Shown here piece after piece: positions 52,970-55,690 of a stretch of 55,690 nucleotides of DNA (positions are counted from its first letter, which is position 1; each line of letters starts with the position of its first letter). Position numbers and translations under genes: made by a program. The DNA lies in assembly GCA_964576475.1 (NCBI GenBank), contig CAZNVG010000005.1:1-55690 (forward strand), in the 5' to 3' direction. Source of the DNA: an uncultured Candidatus Saccharibacteria bacterium (GTDB lineage Bacteria > Patescibacteriota > Saccharimonadia > Saccharimonadales > CAZNVG01). The notes below the pieces were generated by a model, which was not told the origin of the DNA, did no database searches, and was given only the letters and a program-made list of their open reading frames with translations.

Positions 52970-52998
52970 ACTATACCATGTTTATGTTAAAAAGTCAA
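52970..52998 (-). promoter_or_regulatory. sigma70 promoter for the lipoprotein gene
   Basis: Minus strand TTGACT (52998-52993), 17 nt, TATAGT (52975-52970), with TG extension. Confidence 0.7.
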
Positions 52999-53068
52999 TA
53001 ATCCTACTCGAGGTGAATAGAGTGTTTGGGCATTTACATTGCCTATGCAACCTTGTATAAAACTAGTA

Positions 53069-53689
53069 ATGAATGAGCGGATATCCCACCACGATAGTTA
53101 CGACGATTGTATTGCCATAACGGCGCGTGCGGTTGTCAGGGAGCTTGAGAATGTCAATGAGCAACAACGCGTAACTCATGAACTTCGCTCGACAGAAGGC
53201 ACTGATCCTGAGTATGTTTTTGGAATAGAGGGTACACACCTTTTACTGAAGTTCATCGAAAACATGGAAGCTCATAACATGCCAGGTTCATCAGTAGTAT
53301 GGACCGAGCTTCCGCACAAAGAAACTACGCCAGTGCGAAGATTTTCACTAAAAACTCCTGAGGTCACTTTGCGAGGAGGAAAATCGGTATTAGGCTACAA
53401 GATTGGTCAGACGGAGTTCTTCGCGCCAGAGAATGATGGTGGCACTATGGTTAGTGCTCGAGTATTCATTTGTAACGACGGTAAACTTCGTTGTAGCTAC
53501 GGTAGTGGCAGTGACGCAGGTCTTGGCCGAAACTTACCTTATCACTCGGTCACTACAGGGAGGATGCATAAGCGAAATTTTGGTGTAAAACATGACGGCT
53601 CACCGGTCGCATTGCCACGCTTTGAGCCGTTACCGCTCGAGCAGACGCTCTATGATATCGAAAAAATGTTGACAGTTCGGAGTGCATAA
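53069..53689 (+). CDS. Hypothetical protein
   Basis: Open frame. ATG 53069 preferred over TTG 53039. Confidence 0.6.
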   Translation: MNERISHHDSYDDCIAITARAVVRELENVNEQQRVTHELRSTEGTDPEYVFGIEGTHLLLKFIENMEAHNMPGSSVVWTELPHKETTPVRRFSLKTPEVTLRGGKSVLGYKIGQTEFFAPENDGGTMVSARVFICNDGKLRCSYGSGSDAGLGRNLPYHSVTTGRMHKRNFGVKHDGSPVALPRFEPLPLEQTLYDIEKMLTVRSA

Positions 53690-53770
53690 AAGCTATTTAA
53701 GCAATGATTCAGCAACATTGACAAATATTTCATCGACATCTATTATGTAGATAATAAACGGAGTTACCAC

Positions 53771-54916
53771 ATGCCTGTTCGAGTGCCTGAAAATCTCATC
53801 GATGTTCCTGAATTTCATCGCCAAAGTGCGCTAGTAATAACTAATTTCGGTGAAGTAGCGCTGAGTAACATTGTGGCGCGAGTCTATGACCCAAGTTCGG
53901 GCGAGTTCGGTGAGCATCTTGATAAGATCTCCTCAGAAATTGGTGAGGTGCTTGATGATGTTAATGACAGGGCACGTGCAAGCACGGTTACCGTCAAGTC
54001 GGTAGTCGACGGATTGGCCGAGGGTGATGTTGGTGAGATTTTTGCAAAAGCACTAAAAGCACCATCTCTGTATTCTGCTCGATCTATCATAGAAGAAGGC
54101 GCAGGCGACGCGGTTCTGCCCTTGAGAGCTGGACTCGATGTACGAGTACTTGGAGAAGCGCTCGGTGCACCTTCTGAGTACAGTGGATCTGATTACATTA
54201 GAAAATATGCATCGCCTCAAGGCAGAAAGATGCTCGCAATGGCTTTTGAACGTCGCGTGTATTTAGCAGGACTGTCTGCGCCTTCGTTGTACAGCGGTGC
54301 GGAAACGATGCAAAAATATGGTCAGCATCCTGAAATTATTCGACAAGGTCTCGATGCAAGAGTATTGCGCGAGGCAGTACATGCACCAAGTCTCTATAGT
54401 GCCAGCGAAGGAATTGAAAAGTACGCGACCAGTAAAGATGTGCGTCGTGCAATGCGCGTAGTGCTAGACGCCCGTGTTGAAACCGAGGCTCAGCATGCGC
54501 CGAGTCTACATTCCGCACGAGAGACAGTTACAAAGTATGGTTCAAGCAATCCTGTGCGTCGAGAAATATTTGAACGCTTAAATCCTAGAGTTGAGGCCGA
54601 AGCGCTGCGTGCAGTAAGTGCGTACAGTGCGCTTAAAACTATTGATGACTATGCGTTCGGTGATGAACGTACACAGATGCGCCGAAAAGTAGCCACACAG
54701 TGGTTGCCGCGAGAACAGAATTCGCTTGCGATTGCCGAAGCTGAACTTCAGTCAATGATAGAAAAAGTAGAAGAACTCGAAGCGAAAACAGGTATTGCTA
54801 AATTTGTAACACGTCGTAAGCTAAAGCGGGCTAGATCTGGTCGTGACTACACGGGGATGATCCGTGATTCGCGTAAACTCTCGGTCGAGCGACTTGAAGA
54901 CATACTTCAACCTTAG
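53771..54916 (+). CDS. Tandem-repeat helical protein (six ~36-aa APSLYSA repeats)
   Basis: APSLYSA, APSEYSG, APSLYSG, APSLYSA, APSLHSA and AVSAYSA, each preceded by LD.RV/LNPRV. GGAG SD. Confidence 0.8.
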   Translation: MPVRVPENLIDVPEFHRQSALVITNFGEVALSNIVARVYDPSSGEFGEHLDKISSEIGEVLDDVNDRARASTVTVKSVVDGLAEGDVGEIFAKALKAPSLYSARSIIEEGAGDAVLPLRAGLDVRVLGEALGAPSEYSGSDYIRKYASPQGRKMLAMAFERRVYLAGLSAPSLYSGAETMQKYGQHPEIIRQGLDARVLREAVHAPSLYSASEGIEKYATSKDVRRAMRVVLDARVETEAQHAPSLHSARETVTKYGSSNPVRREIFERLNPRVEAEALRAVSAYSALKTIDDYAFGDERTQMRRKVATQWLPREQNSLAIAEAELQSMIEKVEELEAKTGIAKFVTRRKLKRARSGRDYTGMIRDSRKLSVERLEDILQP

Positions 54917-54968
54917 TTTCTTTTACGCCAATGAGTCGTTAATTATCATCTTCTTGTAAAATGAAGGC

Positions 54969-55562
54969 ATGATTAATTTTACAGAGAGATTAGATAAGGC
55001 GATTCGGATTTCAGCTTGGGCGCACGAGCAAGCTGGACAACACAGAAAAGGGACAGACATTCCCTATATCATTCATCCTTTTGGCGTCATGATTATTGCG
55101 AGTAACGCAACAGACGATGAAGATGTCTTGATTGCGTGCTTGCTTCATGATGTCCTTGAGGATGTCGGGGATTCCATATACAGCCAAGAAGATATGCTGC
55201 GGGATTTCGGTGAGAGAGTCGTTGGTATCGTTAAAGATGTGACAAAAGATCCAAATCTAAAAGATTGGCATGAGGTATCGCGAGCTTATCTTGATCACCT
55301 TGAGCATCAAGCCAGTGATCAGGCGGTTATCGTCAGCGCGGCCGACAAAATACACAACATCCTATCAGTACATACTGACTTCGATGAACACGGAGATCAG
55401 CTGTGGGAAAGGTTCTCTACTAAGAGCGCAGATGATCAATTATGGTGGTACGGCGAAATAAGTACGTGCGTTGCTAAACGCGAGGCTCCACAAATACTAT
55501 GCGATCAACTATCTGAACAAGTAAGACTATTACGTACGAAATTAGGAGCGATACATGAGTGA
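54969..55562 (+). CDS. HD-domain hydrolase of the RelA/SpoT (Mesh1/small alarmone hydrolase) type
   Basis: AHEQAGQHRKGTDIPYIIHP, ACLLHDVLED, FGERVVGIVKDVT, VSAADKIHN. Confidence 0.85.
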   Translation: MINFTERLDKAIRISAWAHEQAGQHRKGTDIPYIIHPFGVMIIASNATDDEDVLIACLLHDVLEDVGDSIYSQEDMLRDFGERVVGIVKDVTKDPNLKDWHEVSRAYLDHLEHQASDQAVIVSAADKIHNILSVHTDFDEHGDQLWERFSTKSADDQLWWYGEISTCVAKREAPQILCDQLSEQVRLLRTKLGAIHE

Positions 55563-55690
55563 TGACACGATAGATATTAATCAAATAGACACAAGTTTCG
55601 GCGGGGCAAACGAGCCAGAAGATCCGAAACTCATGGAAATACTCCGAAAGGCGTATAGAGGAGAAATTGACTGTCATAACGCAGTTGTGT
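55555..55690 (+). CDS. Partial hypothetical protein (runs off the window)
   Basis: ATG 55555 overlaps the HD stop, AGGAG SD, open to the end (MSDDTIDINQIDTSFGGANEPEDPKLMEILRKAYRGEIDCHNAVV). Confidence 0.6.
   Translation, partial: MSDDTIDINQIDTSFGGANEPEDPKLMEILRKAYRGEIDCHNAVV

Noticed and set aside
52256-52979. 9-bp direct repeat CTATACCAT flanking the lipoprotein island as a target-site duplication
   Set aside because: No terminal inverted repeats, one copy overlaps the promoter -10, and a 9-mer match in flanks this size is plausible by chance.
1-55690. Alternative genetic code (UGA=Gly as in Gracilibacteria/Absconditabacteria), tRNA/rRNA genes, prophage, reverse transcriptase or DGR
   Set aside because: Conserved genes end properly at TGA and are full length under code 11. 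No tRNA/rRNA, RT, integrase or phage structural genes were recognised. The 411-bp repeat lacks the adenine-specific mismatches of a DGR TR/VR pair.

Overview
55.7-kb window that looks like a Patescibacteria (CPR) chromosome, most likely Saccharibacteria-like. This is inferred from the archaeal-type aspS, many SD-less/leaderless genes, giant FN3-rich surface proteins and standard code 11. Housekeeping and ion-homeostasis genes include corA, nadD, a CPA2 antiporter, a P-type ATPase, DsbA, a CBS/CNNM protein, aspS and an HD hydrolase. A ~19-kb locus carries three giant modular surface proteins, each module coupled to a MacB/FtsX-type ABC transporter. Four visibly GC-rich, foreign-looking islands are present: (i) a J-domain-kinase / vWA / pyruvate-kinase-like operon, (ii) a secreted protein plus a small membrane protein, (iii) an LAxTG surface protein bounded by 13-bp inverted repeats and a 4-bp direct repeat, and (iv) a lipoprotein. 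The strongest non-coding signals are a 77-nt structured element duplicated exactly (8863-8939, 9229-9305), each copy with its own sigma70 promoter and a covarying terminator, and a leaderless Asn-rich leader peptide with a hairpin upstream of aspS. Family assignments come from motif recognition by eye; no database searches were run.
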